Assembly: GCA_021613535.1 (NCBI GenBank)
Contig: CP075494.1
Span: 2,604,001 to 2,668,000 of the forward strand
Reading direction: 5' to 3'
DNA length: 64,000 nucleotides
Origin: Adineta vaga
Taxonomy: Eukaryota > Animalia > Rotifera
Shown here: positions 1 to 13,300 of the stretch, in pieces
Layout: every line of letters starts with the position of its first letter
Numbering within the stretch: the first letter of the stretch is position 1
Position numbers and translations under genes: made by a program
The notes under the pieces: model-generated
What the model was told of the DNA's origin: nothing
What the model saw: the letters and a program-made list of their open reading frames with translations, nothing else
The model's database searches: none

Positions 1-170
1 TTTTGGAAGACAAAGATATATATCACTAAGGGACTCACATGTAAAACGTGTATTAAGAATAAAATGTTCGACAGGACTACCGCTAAAATCTGTCAAATAA
101 ATAGGTGATGGTTGATGATCAGATTTTGTTCGATATGTAAATTTGCAAGATTTCAATTTCGGTAAAGGAA

Positions 171-244
171 GGGTGGGTGTGGGTGTGAGGATTGAATTAA
201 AGAATCGATACTCACACCTACACTCACCCCACCCACACCCTCAA
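171..244. repeat. Inverted telomere-like unit #1: (GGGTGT)n - spacer - (ACACCC)n TCAA
   Basis: GGGTGGGTGTGGGTGTGAGGATTGAATTAAAGAATCGATACTCACACC...CCCACACCCTCAA. Confidence 0.85.
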
Positions 245-414
245 TATTCAACTAAGTTCAAAGTAATAGAATTTTGACAAAAATCTTTTTTTGTCGGACT
301 TTAGCTGCTAGCATGAGTGTATAAAATCATCTATACGTGTTGTTTTTTCTTCATTTTCTCTTGTTCTTTCTTTCATCATCGTCTGCTTATCTCTCTTAAT
401 AACTAGCCATCCAT

Positions 415-910
415 ATGTACGTATACATTAACGCATCCGTCGTATTGGTTTTATGTACACGTATCGTTTATTTGCGTATATTCAAGAAAGTCAGAAGTCA
501 GATCAAGGTTAACAACCCTGGCTCTATTTTCCCATTTCAAATGAGTACAGAAAATTTCCGTTTCTACATTAAAGTGCGTACTGCACTTAATATCCAAGCA
601 AGAATGATTTATGATGAATTGTATTCTGTTTATGGTGATCGAGCTCCTTTTCTTCGAACAGTGAGAAGATGGTCCAAGCCGTTTCGTGAAGGTCGAGAAG
701 AATTTGAAGATGAACCACGATCGGGTAGATCAATCATTGAAACAACATCTGAAAATATTGAATAGATTCGCCTTCTTATCAACGATGATCCTTACTTCAC
801 GATCGAAGACTTACAAGAGCAAACTGATTTAAGCTATATAGCACGGTTCATCGAATCACCACCACTCATTTGAATCTTAGAGAGGTCACTGCACGTTATG
901 TACCTAAAAG
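415..910 (+). mobile_element. Mariner (Tc1/mariner) transposase 5' relic, pseudogenised
   Basis: From 541 MSTENFRFYIKVR...RTVRRWSKPFREGREEFEDEPRSGR is a mariner HTH region. There is a stop at 763-765, then a frameshift, continuing to a ..ARYVPK motif near 905. No catalytic domain is present. Confidence 0.8.
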
Positions 911-1029
911 TTCTCTCCGATTTGCAGTGGGCAAATAAATTGTCCTAAGTCATTTAAACATTACAATATACTTAATTCAAATCAACTTCGAATTTTTGCA
1001 TGCAAGAATTTAATTGATCAACAATATAC

Positions 1030-1620
1030 TGGATATGTTCTCGATCGAATGATCTACTTGCAGGGTTGTTAAGATCATTTGATTGTTGTCTTTTTTTTTC
1101 ATTTTCACCAATTACAAGACTATTTTCTTTCGCATCTGCCAACCAGTGCATTATTCGATGGTTATGAAAGAGTCAGCGACATAGACATTACCAGAATGAT
1201 CAACAGTTATTTCCCAAGGATAATACAAATGTGCAGAGCTATTTCCTCGTCAGTGTCCATCAACAACAACAAATCTTTTATTGGTATCTTCCATCCATTT
1301 CATTACACAATGATTGAAGATATCTGATACATCAATTGAATAGTCCTGATCATCAAAAACAACATATCTAGAAGCATTAAATTGATGTGTACCATTTCCA
1401 TCTGCTACAACATGGTTATTCCATTATCTTATTTCATGTTTATAACCGTCAGAAGTATAAAGATCTCCTTTATTATTCATGACTATACTATAACAGGAAA
1501 TATCAGCAATAATTATGTATTGTTTTGTATGATTATGATTATCTGTTCTTGATAATTCGATGACTGGAAATACACAATACACATTATTCTACCGTGATGA
1601 TGTTAAGATCATTGGACAAA
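1030..1620 (-). pseudogene. Degenerate NHL-repeat gene fragment
   Basis: Minus-strand translation gives GNSSAHLYYPWEITVDHSGNVYVADSF and GNGTHQFNASRYVVFDDQD, interrupted by stops and frameshifts. Confidence 0.6.
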
Positions 1621-1695
1621 CTTATATTTATTCAACCCAACACTTCTTACATAAGATTAAAACAAAATAGGAAAAAGAAAAATGGTAAAAGTCAT

Positions 1696-3447
1696 TTATA
1701 CTCCAAGAAACAAATTTGTACTTGTTAAATTTTCAGCACCAGGAAACATAGACCATATACCAACTCTGTATACATGACCAGCCGTAGTTGGAACTGTTTG
1801 TGTAAGATAATCAGCTGACACATTACTTCCACCCAGATAAAAATATGGACCTGATTGAGAAAAATAAGTAAAACCATTATATGAAATTGTATTATTAGCT
1901 GTCACTCCACCAGTATTCGATTGATTATTTTGATTACAATATACCCATGGTGAAATATTTCCTGTATCAAAACCTCCATTAACAAGTAGTTCAGTACCTA
2001 GTGCTGCGTAATCTTGAACAGAAACAGTATCAACCCCAAAATAAAGAGTTTCTCTACGCAAAGAAAATGCAAGAACAGTTCTACTTGCAATATCTGTATA
2101 ATTATAAATAAATTGAAAATAACTATAATTATTACATGGATAACAGTTACTAATCATCTGAATACCGCTTAAAAGTGATGTGCATATATTTGAAGTAACA
2201 GCTAGAATTAAAATTATACTACGATCCTATGTATTTTTAATTTAAAAAAATACGTACTAACAGTTGAAGCAGCAGTCGATGTAGTCGTAGCTGAATAATA
2301 GGATACAGAGATAAATAGTATTGAATAAACATATTATTTTTACTCACTAGTGACAGTAGTTGTTGTTGTTGCTATAAGAAAAATGTACAAAAATTATTTT
2401 TATAAAATATCAACTAAGAGGCATCAGAAAAAAATAGGCTTTTCTCACAGACTATATATGCTCGGTATAGTTTTCTATGTTGAGATGTGACACTACTTTA
2501 TATTTATAAAAACTCGCCTATCTCTTGTTCATCAATATGAATCAAAACGATCATGTTTGGACTCGGACGAAAATCAACTACCATATATATTGAACATAAT
2601 CAGAATATTTTTATAGAGCTTCTATATAACTGAAATGCGAATATAGTATATATACATACTTGTGGTTGCTGTAGTAGTTGTCGTTTGAGTTGTAGTTGTT
2701 GTATTAGCAAAAATATCGTACCTTAAACGAGAAAAAATATTTCTTATTGTCCAGAAAGTTATTATGTACAACAATATAAAACACGCAAATTGTTTTTGAA
2801 CATCCGATATATAGATTATGTACTGTAATCCTTTGAATATAGTTTATAGTGATATACTTAGGAATGATATAATTCTTGATACGAAACAATATCACTTACT
2901 TGTTGTAGTATTCGATTTTTCAAGAGTGAGTATTGTAGCCACAATTGCTGCAATAATACCAAGAATTAATAATATAACAAAAGCTAATATTATGACAACA
3001 TAAGGTCGACATGATGCACACTGTTTGCAGTATCCTTTCTTTATCATATTCTCTTTTCCAACTATATACAATTGATGTGGATCACCAAGACTAAAACGTG
3101 ATGATTTCAACTTTTGTGGAATTTGTTTTGTGGTTGGATTTGAACTCGAATTCGAACTAGTTGGTGATAGTAATGGATCATAATTGTTCCCAGGAGCTAC
3201 CTATCAAAACAAAAAAGATAATGATAAATAATAATAATAATAACATGAAGATTACTCATGAGCCTTTCATTGTTGAAGAAATTGAATTCTTATTATCGAG
3301 TGATTTTTTATTCGTTAATGAATGTGAATTTTGAGATTGATGAATATCATCTTTTATTCCTTGTAATGATAAAGTATCTATAGGCTCATTCTTTATGGGA
3401 CCATTTTGTTGAGTAGTTTTGACAGATCCATGAGAACATGATTTCAC
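1696..3447 (-). CDS. Multi-exon type II membrane protein: TM helix, Thr-rich stalk encoded by micro-exons, C-terminal carbohydrate-binding-like domain (start uncertain)
   Basis: TM YVVIILAFVILLILGIIAAIVATIL (ORF 2892-3110); Thr-rich mini-exons at about 2660-2705, 2350-2372 and 2262-2292 with GT-AG flanks; terminal exon with ELLVNGGFDTGNISPW motif. Confidence 0.6.
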
Positions 3448-5122
3448 TCGTGTAATACGAACAACATTCGAAGTCGTTCCTTTCTAGTAAAACAAAAGTA
3501 ATTATCATCAAAAAAACAAACAAACAGATAAATACATTTCGATGACGGCTATTTGATGAACGTCGAGGTTTTTTGACAAAAATCACAGAAACTGCCGAAG
3601 GCCGTAACTTATTCATATACAATTGTATATATTGTTTTTATGTTGAAAATACAAAAAAAATGAATTCAGAAATTCAATTAAAATGAAATTTTATATAGGG
3701 TTTTGTTTTATTTATATTTGCAAGTCTTATTATTGAATTTATTTTGACCATTGTTTAATTAGAAACAAAGCTAACAAATCATGGCATAATCTTCAAGAAA
3801 GAACAATATTCATATTTATTTACAGTGACATTTTTAGTGATTTCTTCTATAACGAGAAAAAAAACCTACTCTTTTCATTATTGAAATACATAGAATACAC
3901 AAAGAATAGTTTAATCAATGATTTTATTGTTTTATGCGCAATAAAATTCGGATAAAAAAAAATAAAATCATCTAAATAGATAACGCATTTTGATAATGTT
4001 AGAAATTGTATGTTTTTAATGATAGTTAGTTACATAAGAGTTTAGTTATCGGTCGTTTCTTTTCAAATCCATCGATTTCTGTCATAGAAATTTGTTGATT
4101 CATCTTTGTACATTTTCAATCAATGTCCGAAGCAATATAACTTTATTTTGCGAGTCTTTCTTATTCAATACATGACATTCAACGCACTTTGCCATAATGT
4201 ACGAAAAAAGAATCTTAGTTACTCACAGCTCTTTCTTCAGTTTTGTCTCTAAAGCAAGTATCCATATATCAACATAATTTTATGCAATACAGAAATATCC
4301 ATCATAGCTGAAGTCGTCACTTTGGACATTGAGATTTGTTTCATTTTTGTATTATGCTCTGAAAAAATCTATTGCTATCGTAACTAGACATATGTTATAT
4401 CCAGTGTTTTTAGTACCGATTATAGTTTTGATTGATATAATTTTCATGAATATCAACGTTGTATGATGTCTTTCGAAATACGTATCTGAAATTCGACACG
4501 TCTACCACAAATGACGAAACAAAAGCATTTAAAATTGATTATTAATTTTATTCCACAGTTTAAACGACAAAGAATACAATTGAATGTTCTATTTGATTTG
4601 TTAAGTATTGCTGCATTATCTAGAATAATAAATGAAAAATAATAAATAACGCTCGTCGAGGGTGACTCACTTGACCCTTGACTGAAGGATTAAATCAACT
4701 GAATCTACTGATTATCTTACTGAAAAAATTTGTTTTCGTATGAAATATTTATTTTTTAGATAAGTGGAATAATTATGATATAATCAACTGCATGATAGAA
4801 AAGAACCATGTTCTGTACCTATGATTAACACATAAAAAATCGAATATAAAAAGCGAACCTATATCTATAACAACTATGATCTACACCATAATCAAAAAGG
4901 AGAAAACATCTATTATAAACAATATGAATAGATAAAACAAAATTCTTGATTATACAGGCGATGTTCCTAACAAGAAAATGTTTTCTGCATTGAATGATGC
5001 AAAGATCATTTAATTAGCTTGAAAACTAATCAAGTAATTAACGGTATATTTTGACTAATTCAAGTTATTCTTATTAGGAACGTTGTTCTCAATTAGAACA
5101 CCCTATTCTAATACATGGAAAA

Positions 5123-5203
5123 TTGAGGGTGTGGGTGTGGATGGATGTGAGGATTGAATTAAAGAATCGATACCCACACCCACATCCACACCCACACCCT
5201 CAA
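5123..5203. repeat. Inverted telomere-like unit #2 (same spacer as #1)
   Basis: TTGAGGGTGTGGGTGTGGATG...GAGGATTGAATTAAAGAATCGATAC...CATCCACACCCACACCCTCAA; the outer 21 nt form a perfect inverted repeat. Confidence 0.9.
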
Positions 5204-6765
5204 ACTTTTTATCTTCATAAGTACTGAAATTTGTTCTTCAGTAGCAACGGTAACAGCTTGTTGATCTATGAAAATAGGAAGAAAAAGTAATGTATAAATA
5301 TTCTTCTGCATATCCTTCGTACTCTAACATGCTAGTTAAAATACTAACCAGTACTAGTTACACATAACAGAGTTTCTAATGATAACGATGAAAATAGTTT
5401 GAATGATTTGATTCGTTTTCTTAAAAATTCGACTATTGGTAACATTAAAATCATCAGAACTGTTACCATTCCACCAATAAATGAAGTTACAGTTGTAATA
5501 ATAAAAATAACATCAACCCGATAAACATCAGTATATGTGCAAGTTGATGTATTACATGCAACAAAATAATTTTGATAAGATGAATTCCATTGCCAAAGAT
5601 CTACCATTGATCGTTTGGCTAAATTATTAATTATTGGAAGATATGCAAAAGAAGAAGGAATTACTAAAGCGGTTGAATTGAATGGATAAAGTGAATCATT
5701 TAAATATTTGTTCAGTTCTGATAGACAAGTTTTATTATAGAAACAGGAGAGATTTGATTGAAGAACGGCATAGATTAGAAAATTACCTGAAAGCACACCT
5801 GGAACTTCAAACTGCGATTCTGCTTTATAATTCACCCACCATATATCAGATTCTGTCTCATTAAAAAATTTTCTGAAATAAACACCCGTTGGTACACACC
5901 AGTATACATTGCTGGAATATGAGCAAATCTCATCCGATGTATATGGACGCGCCGCCCAGGCAGCCCAACTTGTCTTACTACTTCGTATTGAGATAAGATA
6001 CAATATCCAACTTGTTAGCAATCGGTTGATCATCATATCGTTAAAGTGTCCAATTAATAAAACTGAGTTAAGTATAATCATAAAATTATTTGCACTTGTA
6101 TTCACATATTGATCACGAGATGCATGCATATTACTTAAAAACGTATGTTATGAAATGACATTGTCTGTAAGTAATATTGTGGAATAGAATGTAATTAATT
6201 GATCATTAATTGTGTGTGAAGCTAACAAACAAAGTGTGCGTATTATGGCGAAGAATGCATAAGCTGAATGACGAAAATCCCAAGTATAATGGTATTGTCT
6301 TTCGAGAAATGAACGATAGTTAACATAATTGAGCCATGAATCAATAACAAAATCACTTAAACAAATTGGAGTGAAAGTCGGTGTAAATGATGAAATGAAC
6401 TTGTTGTATACATTTGAAACACTATTACATGGACATACTAACGAATTTGGATATTTTTGTTCTAATTGTTTATAATCGGATAAAGTAGGTTGTTTAATAA
6501 TCACTGTTTTCGTTATAGGAGTCAATGATGCATAGAGAAAGAAACCGATAGTCGATAGTATAAATAGAATCAAAAAGATGATTGTTGATATTTTTTGATT
6601 TTTGATATCTTCTTCATTCACCTTCTCAACATCTTCGAATAAATTGATATTTTTAATTTTAGTTTTGAATTGTGAGAACCACGAAGGCGACATCGAAAAA
6701 ACCCTTCTATATAATACAAGTGACTTGTCTTGACAGCACCAACTATGTAAAAGAATAATGTTCAA
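5204..6765 (-). pseudogene. Pseudogene of the 2-TM Cys-rich module family (paralog of 10303-20209)
   Basis: ORFs 6148-6765 and 5344-6129 are in the same frame, separated by one TAA. Motifs NLF, CPC, ICLSDF, DFR and CxxxxCTY are shared with the family. The next exon (DQQAVTVATEEQISVLMKIKSL) ends at unit #2. Confidence 0.75.
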
Positions 6766-7707
6766 ATAGAATGTAATTTATTTAAAAAAAGAAAAAAAAA
6801 TTGTTATTCAATATCTTTAAATGCTGGTTTCTTCAGGAATTTCATCACGTAAAACAATGCTAACTCTTAAACATTACTGCAAAAAAAAAGGTCATGTATC
6901 ATACAGTGACGAAAACTATAATTCAGATAAATAAATAAAATAGAGAGAATAACCATGAATGTATTCGTCAAACATCTGCTTTCCTTGAAACTCATAAATA
7001 CTGTCGTTATGAATTTTAAAAAGGAAAAAAGGTTTTTTTCTCTCCTACCGATATAATTCTGAAGCGATTATTGTAATTAGAGTTTTATAGAACTTATTAT
7101 CTAAAGATTGAGTGATTATTTGTTTGACTTTTTAGCTACTGTATCAAAACTCTTTGATGGATGTTATTGCGAGAGAACAAAAACAAATGATCTTCAATCA
7201 TAGTTTGATCTTGAATTAGAATTTATACAGAAAGTATTATTTTTTATGAATATTTTTTTCGCAATGTCGGCATAACTGCGTCGAGATTGAAGACAATTAT
7301 CATGATTAGTATCATTTTTGCTCGAGAATCTAGTCAGATGGTTGACGACTAGTTTTAATTGACAATATTAAAAGAAAGTGCCATATGGTAAATGTATGTG
7401 TTTTTCTTTGTTGAAAATATTCATGATTATGATCTAGAAAGAAAAAACGTTTGTTGAATATCATGATAGTTCATAAATATTAGTTGATTTATTTGATCGA
7501 TTGTCGTCAGGATTATGTAGATCAAGAGGGAAGAAACGGATTCTCAATTTAGAAATCCCTATGTTCACACTTGCGAGATATCATCAATTTGGCTGCATTT
7601 TAGATTCGACTAATTTTTTTAATAGTTCCCTATTTTGTGTTAGTAGCGATGCATCAAACAACTTTTCATCTTTCACATTCTTTATTCATAAGTTACATCC
7701 CATAATA

Positions 7708-7765
7708 GGGTGTGGGTGTAGATGTAAGTGAAGAAGATATACCCACTCCACACCCACACCCTCAA
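7708..7765. repeat. Inverted telomere-like unit #3
   Basis: GGGTGTGGGTGT-AGATGTAAGTGAAGAAGATAT-ACCCACTCCACACCCACACCCTCAA. Confidence 0.85.
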
Positions 7766-10302
7766 ATGAAAGCTCTGCATACCCACAATCACGATTTAGT
7801 AGCCCGATAATCTTGAGAGATTATATCGCAATATATCTGCAAGACTCGCGATTTTTTTTACTTTTTGCAAAAATCAAAATTTATCAAAAGCGATAGGGCT
7901 TGAGTGAAATAGGTTAATGACATGAGATTAACGTTCCAAAGCTCTCTTCAACTCGATTTTCATCATGTTTCTTGCTCCAAAGAAAGGACCGTGCCGAATG
8001 AAAAAGAGTATAACCCACACAAAAAGAGGTAATAACACAGCCAAAGGGGTTCACGACGATGATAGCTAGAGCTACTAATTGCAAAATTCTGTAGGACTTC
8101 TATCAGGTCCGAAAAATTTTCACAGACCATGACAAAGAATTCATTTGAATATTTTTCTCTCAGAAACGTTCCATTTCCTACAAAAAAAGCTCCTGATATT
8201 CATTGTGTCTTTAGCTATAATTATATTAAAATGTTAACTGAAACAATTTGCTTCCGCATCCTACTTAAAAACTTTTTACATTTCTATCATGCTGTTTTGT
8301 TCCAACCTACTCATATATGATTTTGTCTTGTTCAAAATTAATTCTGATAAAGGAAGCGAGTTTATTGTTTTTATTTATGCATGATTGCAATGTTGTGTTT
8401 TGTTGCAGATGTTCGAATAAAAACGTTGCATTAACTTTAGTTGCCTTGGCGAATAAGACTTCAATATAAATGCGCATTCTTTTTCATTAGCACATAAGAT
8501 ACTTTTTTTTTACTGTGACGCGTTCGTAATCAATTAAGATTAGCATTTGACTAATAAACAAAATTCTTTGTCTGACTTACACAAGACAGTGTCAAAAAAA
8601 GGTAATGATATAAAGATTAGGAACGATTTTTATTAAGTTAATGAGATACAAAAACATAAAAAACTGTCATAGCATTGAATATGGTTGTATTAACTTGTTG
8701 GAAATTGATTAAGAATGATAATGATAGACTGAAGTTTCATGATTAATAATTTGAATCATTTTTGCCCTAGTTTCTCACATTTCCTTTTTATTTGGATATG
8801 CTTAATTACTGAGAAATGCAAAGAAAAGTTAAGAGGAAACAGATGTCACTCGAGATAGAGAATTCCAAATTATTTATGTGAAGATTAATAATAAGTGTAC
8901 TTGCTTCTATGCAGAAGAGAGAAAAACTTTTATAGAAATATATAAAATATTCAGATAGATAGTGAGCAAACTAAGGACAAAAAAAAGCGGATCTCGATGA
9001 ATCATAGTAGATCCTGCTAGATCCTCATGATTTCTAAGATTTGCCAGGATCTAAATTTTCCTCTTTGCACTGAACAATATTAATATAGAAGATTTTAGTA
9101 CTTTGGAAAAAAGGAGTTTTCCGAACCCCCAAGAAAGATTCTGCGTATGTTTCAATGCTTCCAATTGTGTCAAAAGTCTGAAAAAAACAGAACATCAAAA
9201 GAGACAAAATCTTTATTCGTTCGGCATTTTATCCACGGGCCGAGCCTTTTTTAGTTAAGTACAACAGAAAAGGATTTCTTAGAAAAAGGTGAAACCCTTG
9301 GAGGTTCATATCAAAATCCAGTGAAACCATTAGAGATCAGTACGAAACCATTTTTTTCTCCACAGAACTTTAAAATGGTTCTGTAGGCGAGCGTTCTACC
9401 CGTGGGTAAAATTCTGAACCATTGAGGTTTTTGTCGATTTTGATGCTCGTTTTTTTGGAACTTTTGACATGAATGGAAGCTTTTGGTCTTCTGTCGAACC
9501 TTTTTTGAGGGTTCAAGAAAGATCCTTTATTTTTTTCTGAGCATAAGAACGAATATTTCAGAGCACTCACCAATTTCAAAAGAAAATTTTTGGTACCATC
9601 ATGCATTGAAGGCTTTGTTTCTTCCAGAGTTAGTCTTTCATTTGCCATTCAGTTATAAGAAGTACTTCGTCAACATATGTTGGTAATGTTAGCGTTCCAG
9701 TAAAGGTTTTTGGATCTAATTTTTTTAGAAATATTAGCATACAAAAATTGGTGATACAGAGGTTCACTATCCTGAGATATGCATGTTTCAATTTTTACGA
9801 AGTTTCGTCGTTGACAAATAGTTTTGACTATACAATACAGTTTAAAACAACTGTCCAATACTTAGTTTAGAAGTGGGAATGCTATTATTAGATGGATTTA
9901 TTTCTAGTAGAAATTGATGAACGAATCTACGGAGTATCTAAAGATATCAGATGCCGTTGCAATAGGAATAGCCATAGATAGGTGCTTTGTTGTCTTTGTC
10001 TTTCTTTCTGTACATTTCTTTTTATTAGGAGAAAAGAAGGCAAGAATTTTGACATAGAAATTGAGTTTGTAGCATTTTAAATAAATGATATTGTTCATAA
10101 ACAAACCAGTCATCCTCTGTTAATCATGATCCTATCAGGATAATGTTGAAAAAGTGATTTCAAATAAGAGATTTCTTTGTGATGACAGTGCTATGACATT
10201 TTATGATAATAGTCAAATATAATGGATAACTTTTGTATCAATTATTGAAACAATTCTCTATTTAGATCAACATAAAATTTTGATTTCTAAATACTGTCAA
10301 AG

Positions 10303-13300
10303 ATGAGAATGCTGAACAAAGAAAATATGCGACATATCTTTAGCGATTACAAATCCTACTTATTGAAATTGAATCTATATGAAACTGATACTCAAGATGA
10401 AACTACCATAAAAAATGAACGTCGATCAACTCGTCTTTATTTGGTTCTTCTCATTATATCGATGATTATTTTAATTTTCTATGGTAGTCTTAGATCTTAT
10501 ACAAAAATTATTGTAATTCAGTCTCCTTCATTAACTGAATATCATCTTATAAAAGAAGAAACATCATTACAATGTCCTTGTTCAAATTTCGCAGTAAAAT
10601 ATAAAACATTTACTGAAATTGAACCTTTTTATCATGAATTATGTCAAAGTGATTTCGTAAAAGATGAATGGATTAATCATTTGTTTCAGTTATATGAAGA
10701 AAGTTGGAACAATTCAATTCAAATTGATTTTCGTCGAATAGGTACATTTCAATTTCAAACACTTCGTTCTCTCTGTCAATTAGCAAAAGATACAATCAAT
10801 AAAAGTCTTCAGTCGTTTGGATATACAGATTTTATTCAATCTCAATTGATTTTACCTTACACTTTTGAAGACCAGATTGGTTCTTTGATCAATGGATTCA
10901 TCCGTGAAACACCAAAAGCATTTGTAAGAACATTACATTTTATGCAGGACATCGCAGCACAGAGTTTATTTATGACTGGCGCTTCAATTACCAGTGTTCG
11001 GCCAATTATACAATATGGAACATATCAAATAATGCCTGATGGTATTGGTCCTCCTTACCAAATACCACGATATGATGGTATTGTTCCTTATCCTGGAATA
11101 AACTATACATTTACGAATGGTTCTACCTGTGTCTGTTCAAGTTCAACTGCTACTACTTGTATGGGTTTGGCAACATTTGACAATAATATTGTACCTGGTT
11201 TCCAAACTGGATGCTATATGTTAAGTGCATTGATGAATTCTACTCTCGAAGCGTTCTACAACCAAACTTTCATCGACAACCTAAGTAGTTCATCTCGAAC
11301 TTTTGAAAAACTCAATTCATCGAATCCACACTGGAGAATTGACAAATTACTTGGTCAACTATTCGTTCAATCTTGGTCAAATAAAACATATTATAATAAA
11401 TATTATAAGAGTTGTGCACCCGAATCATGTTCCTATACAAATATTCAGCATGGTAATTTCTGGGATATTCTGCTATTGTTGATTGGCTCATTTCAAGGAT
11501 TATCGATGGTATTGACAGTTGTCTCGCCAATTTTCATTGTGAGAATATGGCCAATTATTCGAAGTAAGATTTGTCGACGAACATACCGTGGCTCACAGGT
11601 CGCTGCAGTTCAAGCTATGCCAGGTAATTCATTAGAGAAGGTGTAAATGAATATACGGCAAATTCAAAAGCAAAATAAAAACAATTAATTTGAAAAAAGT
11701 CATCTCATAGCTGAGTAGCGGTGAGAATCTGAAGGTGTGGACAAAATGAGACTTACAGAAGACACGTAAATAGTTCAGTGCTATACCGCTATCAGATCAT
11801 TTCCTTAATGCTCTGTTTTTCTCGTTTAAAATGATTTTGTTGCAGATAAAAAAAACCATGACCTCAAATAATGTTTATTAGCTGGACTAAAAAATATCTC
11901 ATATCAACTATTATCTGTCAGAGTTATACACGGCAAGGAGTTTGTATGCTCTGTGAATATCACCTCTTGTCTCATAAATCAGTCATTTTTATAATTCATC
12001 CATTCGTTGTAGAATTTTTCTTCAACCTGACTAGCTACGACTCCTATGATCGTAGAGCATTCATATTTCTGCAAGGGGAAATGGCGGATTTTCGGGGGGT
12101 TTCTGACCTATAAAAAATCCATAGGATCCCAAAAGTTCGACGAAAATCTGAAAACACAGGTGGAATCCCAAAAACCCTACAAAAAATTCCAGATTTTTTG
12201 TCAGATTTTTCGGTTAGCACTCGTGTTTCCAGGATTTCCATGAAATTTTTGTTAAATTCTTAGGATTTCTGCGATTTTTCGAATTGCGCCTGTATATCTA
12301 GGTGTTCTATCAGATTTTGAAAAATCAAAAACCCACTCTTTCCTCCTTGAAAAAGTAGATTTGAAATCGAAACAAAATCTCGCAAATCCTACAGAGCTCC
12401 TGTGATACTTGAAAATCCAAAAAATTCTAACAATCCGTCAAATACGAAATCCGTTGTTTTCCCTTTGTACCTCTGTCTGCCCGTTCGCATGTGATTCGCA
12501 AAAATTTTCTTTTGTTTTACAGCTTTATTTTTAATTTCTTCTTCCAATTAGAATACATTCCAATTTTTTCAACAAGTATAATATTAAGTCCCAGGGGAAA
12601 AGTGCTGAGGTGCTGAAGCTGCTCTTCCTCCTTGTTTCAGCCCATTTTTGTTTCTTTGAATGATTAGCAGATGATCGAATAAGTATATTAGTATCCACCA
12701 TCGATAGATTGAAATGTTTTCGCGCTCCTATATGGAGTGATGAGAAACTCCAGTTTCTCTTTCATCGCGTGTAGGCTTTACGTCGCTCACCAATGTTCGA
12801 CTCTGGTCGGATCATAAAACATTTACGAATTCTAAACTTCAAATAAGAAAAACACCAATTATAGATGAAATAATGATTTCCTTATTTCTAATATTGATGG
12901 AATATGTGTGAATTTACTGAGAAGACTGTCAATATTTGAGAACAATTGGCTTTGACTAGTCAAAAACTATCGCTCTTCTCGGATCTGGTTATAGAGAATT
13001 TTTTTTCTTACGTTGGATTGGATCACAAAAGATTACTCCGTATGAGACACTGGTATGAGACAATAACCTTTACAGTCAGTCTTATTTTTCAATCTAACTC
13101 TTTTCAAATGTATTACTGTCAATTTATCCAAAATTTTCCATTTAATTCCTATTCATTGAGAGTCTTTGCATTAATAATTCTATGTGATCATAGATTGTCT
13201 TTATTTTTTCAGCAACTTCAAGAAGTATGCGTTGGAAAAATTTATTTCAATTCATCAAGCGAACACTGATTAAACATAATTTGTTTCAAACTGTTCCACC

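Noticed and set aside
9068-9540. Degenerate inverted repeat (about 9110-9245 vs 9385-9530)
   Set aside because: It is probably an old non-autonomous transposon, but I cannot define its ends or TSD.
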